A DNA stretch of 64,000 nucleotides, from positions 28,584,001 through 28,648,000 of the forward strand of contig NC_087436.1 of the NCBI RefSeq assembly GCF_036321535.1, read 5' to 3'. The notes under the pieces are model-generated. The model was given only the letters and a program-made list of their open reading frames with translations, was not told where the DNA came from and did no database searches. Origin of the DNA: Camelus dromedarius. Lineage: Eukaryota. A program made the position numbers and the translations under genes. Below, in pieces: positions 38,409 through 51,149 of the stretch (its first letter is position 1; each line of letters begins with the position of its first letter).

Positions 38409-39519
38409 ATTCTATGTACGAAAATATTTACATCTCCACAGAGCCATAATCTGTAAACTTATTTTTTAAAAAGATAGGCTATCTAATGAAAAGAGAGCAG
38501 GTTGGGATGGCAGCAGAGATAAAAGTTTGTATAAAATGTTCACAAGATTTTGAAAGAGCCAAAACAGTTGATATTGCATATAATCTAATCAGTGAAGTAC
38601 AGGGAAAACTCAAAGATCTATTCCTCAATTTAGAATAAAGCAAAGAGATAGAATTGATCAGACAGAGATGATAATCACAGTGTAATATAATCTTTGACTC
38701 AAGTGAGCACTTCTTAGCTCAAAAGACATAAATATTCTATCAAGAAAAATTAAATCTATATCTGTCTACATGAAAACATTTTGAGTGCTTGTAATGCAGA
38801 CATAAAATTAAAAGGCAAGTAGCAAATCAGGATACTCTGCAAATTTTATGATAAGGAAAAGAAACTAAATCTGAAAATATATAAATATATAGTCTTTTTA
38901 AGTAAGAACAAGGCAAAATTAATTTCCATAGAAAAATGGGCAACTAAGCAACTAATGTAACCAGTCTCTCTCTTCTCTCTCTCTCATTCACACACACCCC
39001 CCAAAAATACAAACGAATTCAACAATAGCCACTAATTTTGTCTGTCAAATGGTCAGTGTATCTTAATAATAGCCAAGTCTGTGTTGCTCTAATATCATCG
39101 TCCATTGAACTGAAGTGACTGTTCACTAGGAATCATCAAAATACAAGGATTAAGTAAAGGCTTTAAAAGCTTGCAAAATAAATAGTGACTACTAAACCAT
39201 CTCTCCATATGGAGAAATGAATAAATTTAGAGTTCAACTTCTCCTTATCTCAAATTAAATTTATTTTCAGATAAAACTAGTGACTGCAAATTTTAAAAAG
39301 GAATGCAATCTGGAAGTTACTGCAAAGGTTTTGACAGACATTATAACCTTAAAATCAAATTCAAGAAACACGAAGTATAAAGAAATCCATTTGACCAGAT
39401 ATTTATGTATCTGTAAATAAAGGTAATGCCATGTACTCAGTGACATTGTTACATGGTTCACAATGTGAACTGAGAGATGAAGGCTTTGTAGAAGAGTGGG
39501 AGGGAGAACAGGCCACGCC

Positions 39520-39605
39520 ATTAGCGTTCAGGTCTGTCACTTACTAGCTCTTCGACTTTGGGCACATTGCTCAACAGTCAAAACCCCTGCTCATCATCTT
39601 CCCTT
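39520..39605 (+). mobile_element. MIR fragment
   Basis: 'tctgtcacttactagct...gactttgggcacattgctcaac'. Confidence 0.6.
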
Positions 39606-40310
39606 GTACTTCTGGGTGTCCTCCGGCCACTGTTAACACTGGCCTCTCAGTAACCTCTACTGTAGGCCCTCACTTACACTACAGGGGTCTGTGTTGGTCA
39701 TCATAGATCTTAATTCTGTAATCTGATAGTTTCATTTTATTAGTTTATGTTTAAAATTTGACTTACTGAATACAAAAATGCACGCTAATTAAGTTTTTTT
39801 CATACAAGCCTTGGTCTTGTATATATTTCTGTATTCATATGTAATATGCTATATATAGCCTTGCATTTACTTGTAAATATATAGTATTACAAGAACATTT
39901 TATATTCTAGTTTTCTCAACTTTCTATTGAGAAATAATTTCATATACACTAGTTAAACACAAACACCATTATAGTCACTGTACAAATGAAAAAACATTAT
40001 TAACATCACACATATTTTATAAGCTAACATCAGACATTAAGCTTTTCTTTGATTTTTATTTTGTAAAATTGTTTCAGAAGAGAAGAGATGGAATATATGT
40101 GTATGTAATACAAAGATAGGTATAGTATATGTATATATTCAATATAGATTGATATAGACATAGATATCCATATCTACTAATATATAGATATAAACATAGA
40201 TATGATGTTTACATCTAACGATATATTTCATTGAACTAAGTATTTTTTCATTTTTAATTAATGACTTTGCTTTAAAAATATCAATTACGATACCTTAGCA
40301 CCACATCCAC

Positions 40311-40425
40311 CTTAATAGTGACTATAATGATAGTGACTTAATAGTGACTATAAAAACTTAATAGTGACTGTATAATAATTCATGTAACTATAAATAATTA
40401 TAGTGAATATGATAAATAGTGACTT
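40311..40425. repeat. Degenerate minisatellite of ATAGTGACT units
   Basis: Five exact ATAGTGACT copies plus degenerate ones. Confidence 0.8.
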
Positions 40426-42068
40426 ATCAAAGAATTGTTGAATGGAGTTATATCTATTACTTATAATTTTAAAAAGTCAAAGTGTTTCTGTACTATTAGC
40501 CACCAGATATTTACATTGCATTTATTTGGTTTTAAGATGGTTGAATATGGCAGATGGATGGTTTGTTAAACTGATATTTTTCATCATATAGACATGCCTT
40601 GTGAAGTTGAGAATGGATTTGATTTTCACCATCTGCACAAAGATTTTTTTTTTTGCATATTTAGCGTAGTGTGACATCTAATTTGGTTACTACAGTCGCT
40701 CTCCATCTTTCTAAATTCAAAGAATTATGATTTATTTGAAACTTTCTATGCTATACAGCACCATTCACTCTTTGCAAAGTAGCCTTGAGTATGAAAGATT
40801 GAAATTGTTTTCCACTTTGCATGGCAGTTATCTGTGTTTTGCATTTGTTCAAAAGTTTTAAGACAAGATAAAAGTGAAAAAACAAAAAGTCAGCATGGAA
40901 TTATTTGTGTACTTAAGAATAATGATACTGGACAAAAGAGGAACATCCTTCCAAAGTATCCTTTGGAATACTTTCTCAATATTATATTCCCCCAAAATAC
41001 ATTAGAAAATTAACTGTAATGTTTAAGTCTGCTTTTTTAATTCCAGTTAGGCCTTGAAAGAAAAACACACATCCATGGTCTAAAGAGTCAGTATTGCAAT
41101 TTTTGTGGTATGATGGGCACTACTAGTCTGAAAAACATAGTATGGAAAAAATAAAATTGTGTGGAGAATGTTAGAAGTCCATTTGTATCGTTATCCAGGA
41201 AGGTAAAGACATTAAAGACGTCAGTGTTTCAACATACCCAAAGTGATTTGATTAGAATATTTTTAAACTACATTTATGTGATTCTCTGCTCAGTGGGGAA
41301 TTATGTTAATGGGGGAAAAGATGTATTGGGGTAAAGAAAACACTGTATCATAATTCTGTTCATTTAGTGATTTGTTCACATGGTCAAATTAACATTGGTC
41401 TTCCTGTTTAACTCAGTCTCCATGAGAAATGGGATGATCTTTACTTTGTTCATTATTTTTCTCTTTGGATCTTAAAACAACATCTAGCACACAATGGACA
41501 TTATTTGTAGAATTTAAAAAATACACAAATTGAGACACATTTCATGCATCAAATTTTCACCTGATGTCTATAGAATTTTACATTTGTTTTGATTCTGTTT
41601 GGTATTGGAAACTTTTAATTTTGAATGGTTAAGCAAAACAAAGAAAACAATGTATTTCTATGACACTAAAATAACTTCTGGATGTGAATTTTGATTAAAA
41701 TTTCCTGATTTGTGTCTACAAAAAAGGGAAAACATACTATTTAGATAAATCCAAATAGTTTGCATTGATGAGATTTTGATAGAATTCACTACTAGTTTGT
41801 AATATTAGTATCATAAGAATGATTTGTTATTTCTTTCTTATGTTATATTTATACATACATTTTACAAACTCTTTAATAGTTGAAAAACATAATTCAGTCC
41901 ATATCTAGACAATAGTAACACATGGCTAAGGGAAAGAAACCTTTGGCTTATTGTTTCCCAATATTTGTATTTTTTAATTAAACCAGATGGTTGGAGGGAA
42001 CCCGTGCTAGTGGTATATTTGGCAAAAGTCCAAGTAACCTGGTATACATCTCTGAGCACCGTTCTCAC

Positions 42069-42277
42069 CGCCAACCTTTCTTCTTTTGATCCTGGCCAGG
42101 GTAGCTCAAGACTTCATGAGGTTGAGGAAGCAGTATTGATTTTCCTTTTAAACTAATCTCGCCTGAGTCGGCCACTCCTTCCCTTGCTCTGAATGGAGGG
42201 GCCCTGGAGGAAACCAGCTGCAGCACTTGCGAGGTAGAATTGATTCTTTGGTCTTGACTTGAGCTGAATTCCAAACA
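42069..42277 (-). CDS. Candidate exon of an unidentified gene; favoured frame encodes C-terminus ..FGIQLKSRPKNQFYLASAAAGFLQGPSIQSKGRSGRLRRD* (stop 42153-42155)
   Basis: Strong acceptor ttttctctttttatcttcag| at 42278; GC/CpG-enriched unique sequence in an AT-rich context; donor GCG|GTGAGA at 42069/42068. Reading frame not proven. Confidence 0.55.
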
Positions 42278-43377
42278 CTGAAGATAAAAAGAGAAAATCG
42301 CAATGTAGCTAGGCCATCCTTTCAAGGCACATACACATTCAAGAGTCTCCAAAAGAATGTTCTTGGGAAACAGGGCATTGGCTTGTTAGAGCAAGTGAAG
42401 GAGATTCTTATTGTAAGACCTGGTAAACTTGTCAGCTACGTTTCCTTATAACAGAGCACTTGTGGTTTAACCAGGCTGTAAAGCTACTTTTTGTGTTAAA
42501 ATTATAAACAGGAGGTATTATATATATGATATATGATACATATATGTGTAAACATACATGCTATAGAATAAATACATGAAGATTTTCCTGTCTCTGTGTT
42601 TTATATAAAATTTAAAACAACACTGGTATAAAATACCCTAGTTTTTAAAATTCAGATAAATTAATGTGAATTAAACCTATTAATTTCTATGTTGATGCTA
42701 GCATTTTATGAAAGCAGTACCATCTGTTATGTTCGTATGAGATATATTATAAAAATTTTTTATGAATATAAAATTTATTGACATACGTAGATCTATATTA
42801 ATGTTATCTTTTACTATCCACGTCTCTTGACTTTTATTTACCTTAAAAAAAAAAGGCTAGAATATTAAGAAACAAAATTCTGAAATCAGCTTCATCAGAG
42901 CTTAAATATGATCTTCTCTAGTCTATTTTGGGGAAGTTACTTAGTTGTCATTGCCCCAGTGTTTTCTTCCCCCCAAAATAATTATCACTCTGACTACTTT
43001 TCCTTTTGACACCTCCAAGAGAATCATAATAAATAGTATAAACTGTTTTCTCTATTATAACATCCCTGACCACTCACAATATTATGACAAAATGTACAAA
43101 TTTTACTTTACAGAGAAATAAAATACTTTAACTCATTTAGAATGAACTGATGTTTGAATCTCATACAATTGCATAGAAGGATTAGTGAAACACAACGTGA
43201 GTAGTAGATACATTCAAACTGTATACCAATATTTTATGTATCAGTGACAGGTGCAATGTTACTTTTTAATGGAGTAAAAATGTTTTTTTGAGAATTTGTC
43301 CGGGGTTCTGAGCCGCCAAACGTGTTCAAGGAGCATGTCTCAGAGCAGCGTCTTTTCTTTTTAGGCACATTTTCATT

Positions 43378-43403
43378 TTAAGCAGTTCTTAAGTCAAGCA
43401 TCT
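43378..43403 (-). other. Possible alternative short terminal exon (..MLDLRTA*)
   Basis: Weak acceptor atatttcccag|AG ATG CTT GAC TTA AGA ACT GCT TAA; same phase as the favoured frame of the 42277 exon; followed by a small CpG cluster at 43300-43352. Confidence 0.25.
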
Positions 43404-44799
43404 CTGGGAAATATTCACTTGAAAAATTAATGAAATCTCATACAGGAAACAATGACTTTCAAATAACCTTTCACTTTTTAAAAACAAGTGATAAAGCATT
43501 AAAATATTAAAAATGCAATAATCTATGGCTTTTATAAACATTGTGGCTCCTATTGATTTGCTTTATCTGTTTTCAAAATCTGTACATTAAATTGCTGAGC
43601 AGGTACTCATGAATGAATACTTACATGACATATTTCAGTTTTCTGTTGAAATATTTTAATCCTGCTGACTATTTCAAATAGATATTCAGAAGAAAGGTAA
43701 AATCATCTCTTAGAGGTTAAAAAAATCTATTATTTAAAATGTAGAACATTAAAAATAGACTATGTGATAAGAACTTACAAATAGTCTTATAAAAGGATAA
43801 AAAGTGAATTTAAATTAATGTCAAACCAAATAAAAAGCTTAACTATTTTTAACTGTATGTTTTAAGTTGTATTCTAAGATTTCAGAAACAGGAATGGCAG
43901 TAAAACTGATAAAATTTTGACTAATGCTTTATAAAAATATAGGCAAATTATCACTCAGAAATAGTAATTCAATATATTTATCATGAATTCAGTCATCTCT
44001 TTGGCAATCTTGCACTTACTAATTTTTTCTAAAGTTCATTATCACAAAAATAAGACATGATAACACTGTGTTCAGAATGGAAAGTTCTATTTTTTTTTCT
44101 TTAATATGGCTTAAAGCATTTGGAGAGAAATTACTTCATCATGTTATATTAACTCAGTTTTGATTGTTTGCTGTTGGATATGAGTTCTGACAATAACTGA
44201 TCTTTCTTAATTAGTGATATATTTGTAAAATTTTTGCCCTTTTTGATTTTTCTTATTGTGATTAACTAAAAAGTTCGAAAAGACAATGTTATATGTGCCT
44301 AGGCTGATACCGTTTTAAACTAGAAGTCCTATTAAAGGAGGAACAGTAGGGGAGAAATAAAATTAGAGCAGTGTCTCAAAATGATCACTCTGCCTTTCAA
44401 CCAAATAAATAATTCATTTTATAGATTAAATTAAAGATTGAAAACTATTAAAAAGAAGGAAAGAAATAAAAAAAATAAGGAAAGTCAAAACCAATGGAAG
44501 AATATTGATACATCCCATTGTACATTTCATGATATAAGAATAAAAACAACTTTATATAACAAAACACCAGAAATATGAAAAGACATTTTGATAAATATTT
44601 ACTACAACCATGATTAAAATAGATAATGCTTACTAAATAAATAAACCTTGATAAGGCACATAGAAAACACAACCAAATAAAATGCAAAGTATTGTATTTG
44701 AATGGATAATTGTTGAATATTTGGAAAAGGGTTTAGCTATTAGAGTGTTAATTGCAATTTGTAACAATATCTCTTTGTTGTTGTTTTGCTTATCATTTT

Positions 44800-47300
44800 G
44801 ACTTTTTAAGTTTTTTCCACTAATCATTGATTTGTCTTGCCTCATTCAAATGCCACACTGTCTTGATTAATATAAACTTATACACCTTCAAATCAAGTAT
44901 AAATCCTTGATTGTTTTCTTTCTTTTTTTCTTTCAAGATTTGATCATCCATCTTTATGAATTGGAGTTACCAGGAGTGGAACTGCTGGATCATATGGTAA
45001 GTCTATTTTTAGTTTTTTAAGGAATCTCCATAGTATTTCCCATAGTGGCTGCACCAAATTACATTCCCATCAACAGAGTAGGAGAGTTCCCTTTACCCTA
45101 CAGCCTTTCCAGTATTTATAGTTTGTGGACTTTTTAATGATGGTCATTCTGACTGGTGTGAGGTGATACCTCAGTGTAGTTTCGATTTACATTTCTCTGA
45201 TAATTAGCGATATTGAGCATCTTTTCACAAATCTATTGGCCATCTGTATGTCTTCTTTGGAGAAATCTGTTTAGTTCTTTGGCCCAGTTTTTGATTGTTT
45301 TTTTTTGTTGTTGTTGTTGTTATTGAGTTGTATGAGCTGTTTGTATATTCTGGAAGGTCAGTTGCATTGTTTGCAAATATTTTCTCCCATCCTGTAGGTT
45401 GCCTTTTTGGTTTGTTTATGGTTTCCTTTGCTGAGCAAAACTAATAAGTTTAATTAAGTACCATTTGTTTGTTTGGTTTTGTGTTTGCTTGGTTGGTTGG
45501 TTGGTTGGTTGGGTTTTTTGCTTTTATTTCTATTGCTTTGGTAAACTAAGCTAGGAAAACATTGCTACAATTTATGTCAGAGAATGTTTTGCCTATTTTC
45601 TTCTAGGGGATTTATGATATCCCATCATGTTTTATTCTTTTAGCCATTTGGAGTTTATTTTTGTGTATGGTGTGAGGGAGCATTCTAACTTCATTGATTT
45701 ACATGCTGCTATCCAGTTTTCCCAATACCATTTGCCGAATAGACTTTTTCTCCATTGTATGTTCTTTCCTCTTTTGTTGAAGATTAATGGACTGACTGTA
45801 GGTGTGAGTGTTTATTTCTGGGTTCTCTAGTCTGTTTCATTGATCTATATGTCTGTTTTTGGACCAATACCAGGTTGTTTTAATTACTGTAACTTTATAG
45901 TATTGTTTGAAGTCAGAGAGGGGTATGCCTCCAGCTTCATTCTTTTTTCTTCAGTGTTGCTTTGGCAATTCTGGGTCTTTTGTGAGTCCAGACAAATTGT
46001 AGGATTATTTGTTCCATTTCTGTGAAAAATGTCATAGGTAATTTGATCTAGATATTTTATATTTCCATGTAAGTTTTGGAAATAGTTTTTGATTACTATG
46101 AAAAAAAATAGCTTACTAGAATTTTGACTGAGATTGTATTGAATATTCACTTACTTTAAGAAGAGTTGATTTCTTAATAATATTGGTTCTTCCAAACCAT
46201 GATTATAGAATAACTCATAATTTCTTTAGATATTTAAAAAAATTTCTTAAATCTATAGTTTGTTTTTATTATACATTTTTATTCACATTTTGCTAAATGT
46301 TTGTTTAACCAATATGAATTTTGACACTGTTATAAATAGAATGTTTTTAAATTTATTTCCTCTCTGTTTGCTGTTACTGTTTGAAAATAAAATTAACTTT
46401 TGTATATTAGTATTGTGATTCTGCCAAAATATAGTTAATATTTCTTGTAGTTTTTTTTGTATTTTCCTTAGAATGTAAAATGGTAAGAGTGAATATCCTG
46501 AAACATATGTGTTCAATAATTCACCATTAAATATGACATTAGTTATAGATTTATCATACTTATCTTGAAGAAGTTCCCCTCTATTCTTAATTTACTAAGA
46601 GTTTTGAACAGAAATTGATGTTGATTTTTTCAAATTCTTTTCTTGCATCTATTGAAATGGTTTGTTAAAACAACCTTACTTTACTGAGATAACATTTACT
46701 GAGTCATAATGTATTATTCTTTCAATGAATTATTGGATTGAATTGCTAATATTTTAAGTATTGTTACATCTATATTCATGAGCAATATTAGACCATAAAT
46801 TTCTTTTTTTGTCTTTGTGAGGTTGGAGGAGTATGGTTTTTCTAAACTCAAAAAGAAGTTAGGAAGGGACACCTCTTTCTTTCTTTTCTAGATAAATGTC
46901 TATGAGATTAGTATCTCTTCTTAAGTATTTTATAAACTTCAACAGTGAAAATACCTGAGTCTAAAATTTCTTTGTAGCAAAATTTTTGATGAGGAGTTCT
47001 GTTTCTTTAGCAGACTTAAAGCTATTACAATTTCCTATTTTATGGCATGTGAGTTCTGCTCAGTACCATTTTCTAAGAAATTTGTCCATTTCAACAAAGT
47101 TTTCCAATTTATTGGTATCAAGTTGGACGAAATATTATCTTTTGTCCTTTAATTATGTATAGACTCTACAGTGTTAACTGCTCTCTCATTCATTCTGTTA
47201 TAATTTGTTGGTTTCTTTTTCTTGATCAATCTGAGTAGGTGCTTATAAGGGATTTTGTTTTGTTTTCATTGTTGCATTTTAAAAAATCTGCTCAAAGAAT
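44800..47300 (-). mobile_element. Old L1ME-type ORF2 fragment interrupted by a younger L1 fragment
   Basis: Diverged antisense ORF2 ('gaagaagttcccctctattcttaatttactaagagtttt', 'ttttcttgcatctattgaaatg'). Confidence 0.75.
44946..46040 (-). mobile_element. Younger L1 ORF2 internal fragment lacking 3'UTR/poly(A)
   Basis: Better-preserved antisense ORF2 ('gctggatcatatggtaagtctatttttag', 'ctggtgtgaggtgatacctc'); flanked by ATTTGATC at 44938-44945 and 46041-46048. Confidence 0.8.
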
Positions 47301-47620
47301 CAACATATGACACTTTTAAGCAGTTACTACTTAAGGTGCTGTTACTTTAGTACAATGGAATAACACAGTGAATATTAAGTTTCAGTATTAATTAACATTA
47401 AATCTGTCCATTATTTCTTTCATAAAATTTTATTTTGATATAAATGTTAAAATCTTTCATTATATTTTTAGGTCTTTAAAACATATAATCCAGCCAAGAG
47501 TCTTTATGTTTATATAATTTTTAAATATTTATAAAATAAAACGAAAGACAAAAAAGGGATAAAGATTTGAGGGAAAGACAGAAGGGCCACGAACCCCTAT
47601 TTAGTCCAAGTACTGTTTTT

Positions 47621-47953
47621 GGTTTTTTTTAATTAAAGTACAGTCAATTACAATGTACAAAGTACGGTCACTTTCTGGTGCACAGCACAATGTCCTAGTC
47701 ATGCATATACATACATGTATTCATTTTCATATTCTTTGTCATTAAATGTTATTATAAGATATTGAATATAGTTCTCTGTGCTATACAGAAGAAATTTGGG
47801 TTTTTTAATTTATTTTTATATATACTGGCTAACATTTGCAAATCTCAAAGTCCTAAATTTATCCCTTCCCATTCCCTTTCACCTAGTAACCATAAGATTG
47901 TTTACTATGTCTGTAAGTCTGTTTCTGTTTTGTATATGAGTTCACTAGTGTCT
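47621..47953 (-). mobile_element. 5'-truncated L1 3' end with TSD
   Basis: Poly(T) tail and L1 3'UTR; TSD CAAGTACTGT(T/C)TTT starting at 47607 and 47954; TT/AAAA site. Confidence 0.88.
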
Positions 47954-48569
47954 CAAGTACTGTCTTTTAAAGTAAGATATATACCATTTTATGAATTAAC
48001 AGTTAATATTTTTCTAAAGTCATAACACACACACACATTTTCACTGTGTATTATAATTGTCCCCATGAATTTTATCCCCATAATGCTTTTCTTTGTCACT
48101 GAGAAAAAATGTGTCTATTTATGTTTCATTTAATTTATTTCTGAAAAGAATACTCTGTCATCTTAATTCATGGAAAGCAAAATCATACAGGGTCTCACCA
48201 CTGTTCAGAAAAAGAAATAAGAAGAAGAGTACTTTGAACACACTGAACTTACTGAATAAGCCATGAACAGGGAATTCCAGAGGAAGGCATAATGCTCACT
48301 CTATCAACAAAAATACAGTTTGCCTCTGGCAAAGCTAAGGGCAGACATATCCCATATAGACTTGAGTCCTAAATACTGTTTAGGTGAAATTTTTATTAGG
48401 TTAAATGTCAGTAGAGTAAACAAAAAATTTTTCAGTATCTCACATTTAAATGGTGTTCAGTACTAGTGCAGTATATCTACTAAGAACATGGACAGCTCTG
48501 AATTTAGTTACAAAAACATAGTATTTTCATTCAATTTAATTACCAATATTTATGCTCTGAAATAGTCAT

Positions 48570-49330
48570 ATTTTGAATAAATTTTTGAATTTGAATCTCT
48601 TATAAAGCATGACTATAAAAAATACCAAAGCTCCTGGTTCATTGCTCACATAGAAAGCTTCAGTTACCTCCCCCTTGGCCTCACTGCTTTGCCAGATGAC
48701 TTCCTCATCAATTTACCATGGTAGAATAAAGATGGCTTTCAACATGCAAAGAGGATCATGTATCTCTTCCATCTTTCACTACTTTGCAAGTTTTTGACTT
48801 GCCACTGGCCTTCGATTATTATACATGTACATATAGACTATTATCCATGAACTACATGGACTCAACATGAACTGGCTTTCTGTTGTCTCTCTAGCTTCAA
48901 ATCTTATCACTCCACTACCATCCACCTTTCCAGCCTTCATGATTTTTACTTCAGGTAGATGAATTATTTTGCTGCCTGTAATTTCATGATCTTTCTCCTT
49001 TCTTTAGAGGCATTTACACAGATCACATCTTGTCTTTCAGTAATCTTTCTTACACCTCCTTATACCTGAAGATCTTTTACCTGTACTTTATGTCTCATTT
49101 GGTATGCCATTTCATCTGGCAATGAGACTTTTCCATTTAAAAATTCCTATTTTTTTGTCATCATAGTATGTAATACATCATATCTCTGTGTACTTGTCTG
49201 TACTCTTTTCTGAATTTATGTATTTTTTAAAAAGAATACATATTACATTTACAATTATATCCCCAGGAGCTATCAAAGTAACTTACACATAATAAAAACC
49301 TTTAATATGTATGAGTTAAATTGAGTAGAG
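48570..49330 (+). mobile_element. L2 LINE 3' fragments
   Basis: Pyrimidine-rich L2-like tract ending 'tatatccccaggagctatcaaagtaacttacacataataa'. Confidence 0.55.
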
Positions 49331-49717
49331 CTCCTATAGTAAGAAAACATGTCACGATGCATTCTAAATGTAATTTCTACATAGTCTTAATGCTTAGTGT
49401 GTACAGACTTGTACATACACAGTCTTTGACATTCATTTATTAAACTTATTCTATTGTAATTAAAATAATTATTTTTTCCACCTTAAACACACCTGCCACT
49501 CATTTAATATCTACTGGTATTCCCCTCTGGATTAATTTTTGCACATTCACCTTCATTTCCCCTGTATTCTCCTGTGTACATATCCATCTGGACAAGAGAA
49601 CATGTATACACATATTTTAAACACATTTTTGAAAAGCTGTGATGTTCGATCATTTCACTAATCAATTTATTTTGAATATAATTTTTTTAAGTTTGTATTT
49701 TATTTATATATAGTACT

Positions 49718-50150
49718 GGCCATATGCGCCGTCCACAGACTTGAACCTGCTGTTCCACCAGTGCTCTGCAGGATTGCTGGGTCAATGACACATCACCAGT
49801 CAGGTAAAACTGCAGGATGGCCAGATCCCACCTCGTATTCTTTTTAGTGGGTGAACAATCCAGCACTTGGTGAAGTCTGCTTCACAATGAAGAGAAAATA
49901 TCTAAGGACTAAGAAGTAGAATGGCTCTGATTTCTTGGCCAACATATTCCTTTTAAATTTGTGTTTCCTTTGCTGAGACTTTCCGCTTAAGACCCTAAGA
50001 ATAAGAAGGATCATGAGGCCCTAACTTCACAGACTGTGTCTGTGCTGAAAATAAAGATCCGGTCTGCCTTTGCTCCTCTGCTCATAGAATGTGTCTGTCC
50101 TCCCTGAACTTCTTAGGGTATTACAGTTTGATGGGTGTACCATCCTAATC
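49718..50150 (-). pseudogene. Degenerate 28S (LSU) rRNA fragment, domain V/VI region
   Basis: Colinear with antisense 28S: 'tagtgggtgaacaatcca.cacttggtgaa.tctgcttcacaatga', 'agaaggatcatgaggccc', 'ctgaaaataaagatc', 'tctgtcctccctga', 'gtttgatgggtgtacc', and the sarcin-ricin-loop stem 'gaacctgc.gttcc...gcagg'. Confidence 0.9.
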
Positions 50151-51149
50151 CAGGTATACTGAGCCTAACAGTAGTGTGGCCAGAATATTATGCACTATGG
50201 CCTGCCTAATTTTACAAAAGAAATTCTAAAGAATTGAGCCCATTTTTAGGGTTGACATATTGACAAATCTAAATGGATGTTATATACAAAAAGTCAAAGC
50301 CACGATGGCTAACCTTATGAGTAAGGAAAATGATAGGGTTGATAAAGAGAGGACATGCAGAAAGAAATGTAGAGATTGCATAAGAATAAAAATGGTCCAT
50401 GTCCATGAAAGATGGAGGAGAATTTTATGCCCATAGACAGGTTATCAGTTATAGTGATTATTTTCAAGCTACAGAAACAACTATGACTAATAAAAACAGG
50501 AAAATAATTTTTGAGGTAGGGCACAGAATTGATAGAGAAGCTGAAAAATGATTAAAATATAGAAAAATAATCATTTCATTTATTAAACTCTAACATCTAG
50601 TTCTTGGGAAAAGACATAAATAAAATTGATACATAATGGATTTAATGGCTTAAAAAATCAGAACAAAACACTCCAAGCAAAAATAAAATTGAGCATGAGA
50701 ATTACAAATTATGTGTATTTTCACTTTTCTCTCACAGTGATTCTGTGCACTAGATTGGAAAATGCGCTGGTCTGTTTGATTCTCAAGGAAAATAAATGTA
50801 CAGATAATCTAGAAGGTGATATGAAGAAATATATCAGCACCTAAACTACCCCAGGGAATTAGCCACCCAGCACCAAGGGTCCAGCCTGTTGGGGGACTTA
50901 ACATTGAGCTTTCTAGAAAACTAGAAAATGAATTTCATATTTCCCACAACAACAATCTCATTCTTCATGGTCACCCTCCTTTTTTAAAAATTTGAGCTAG
51001 CATTTAGATAGTCCCCTAATGTAATTTTTATAGAGTCTGTTTAATTCTCCTGGGTGTGGATTACACCTAGGCTGGCAGAATTTATGCTATACCATCTTAA
51101 ACTCTGAATTACTAAAGAAAATCTGCAAAAATAAATGTACAATTAGGTT

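Noticed and set aside
26105..43403. Assigning a gene symbol to the candidate exons
   Set aside because: I could not recognise any of the peptides; a database search is required.
49718..50150. Functional rRNA gene
   Set aside because: Short isolated fragment with many substitutions and indels in invariant positions.
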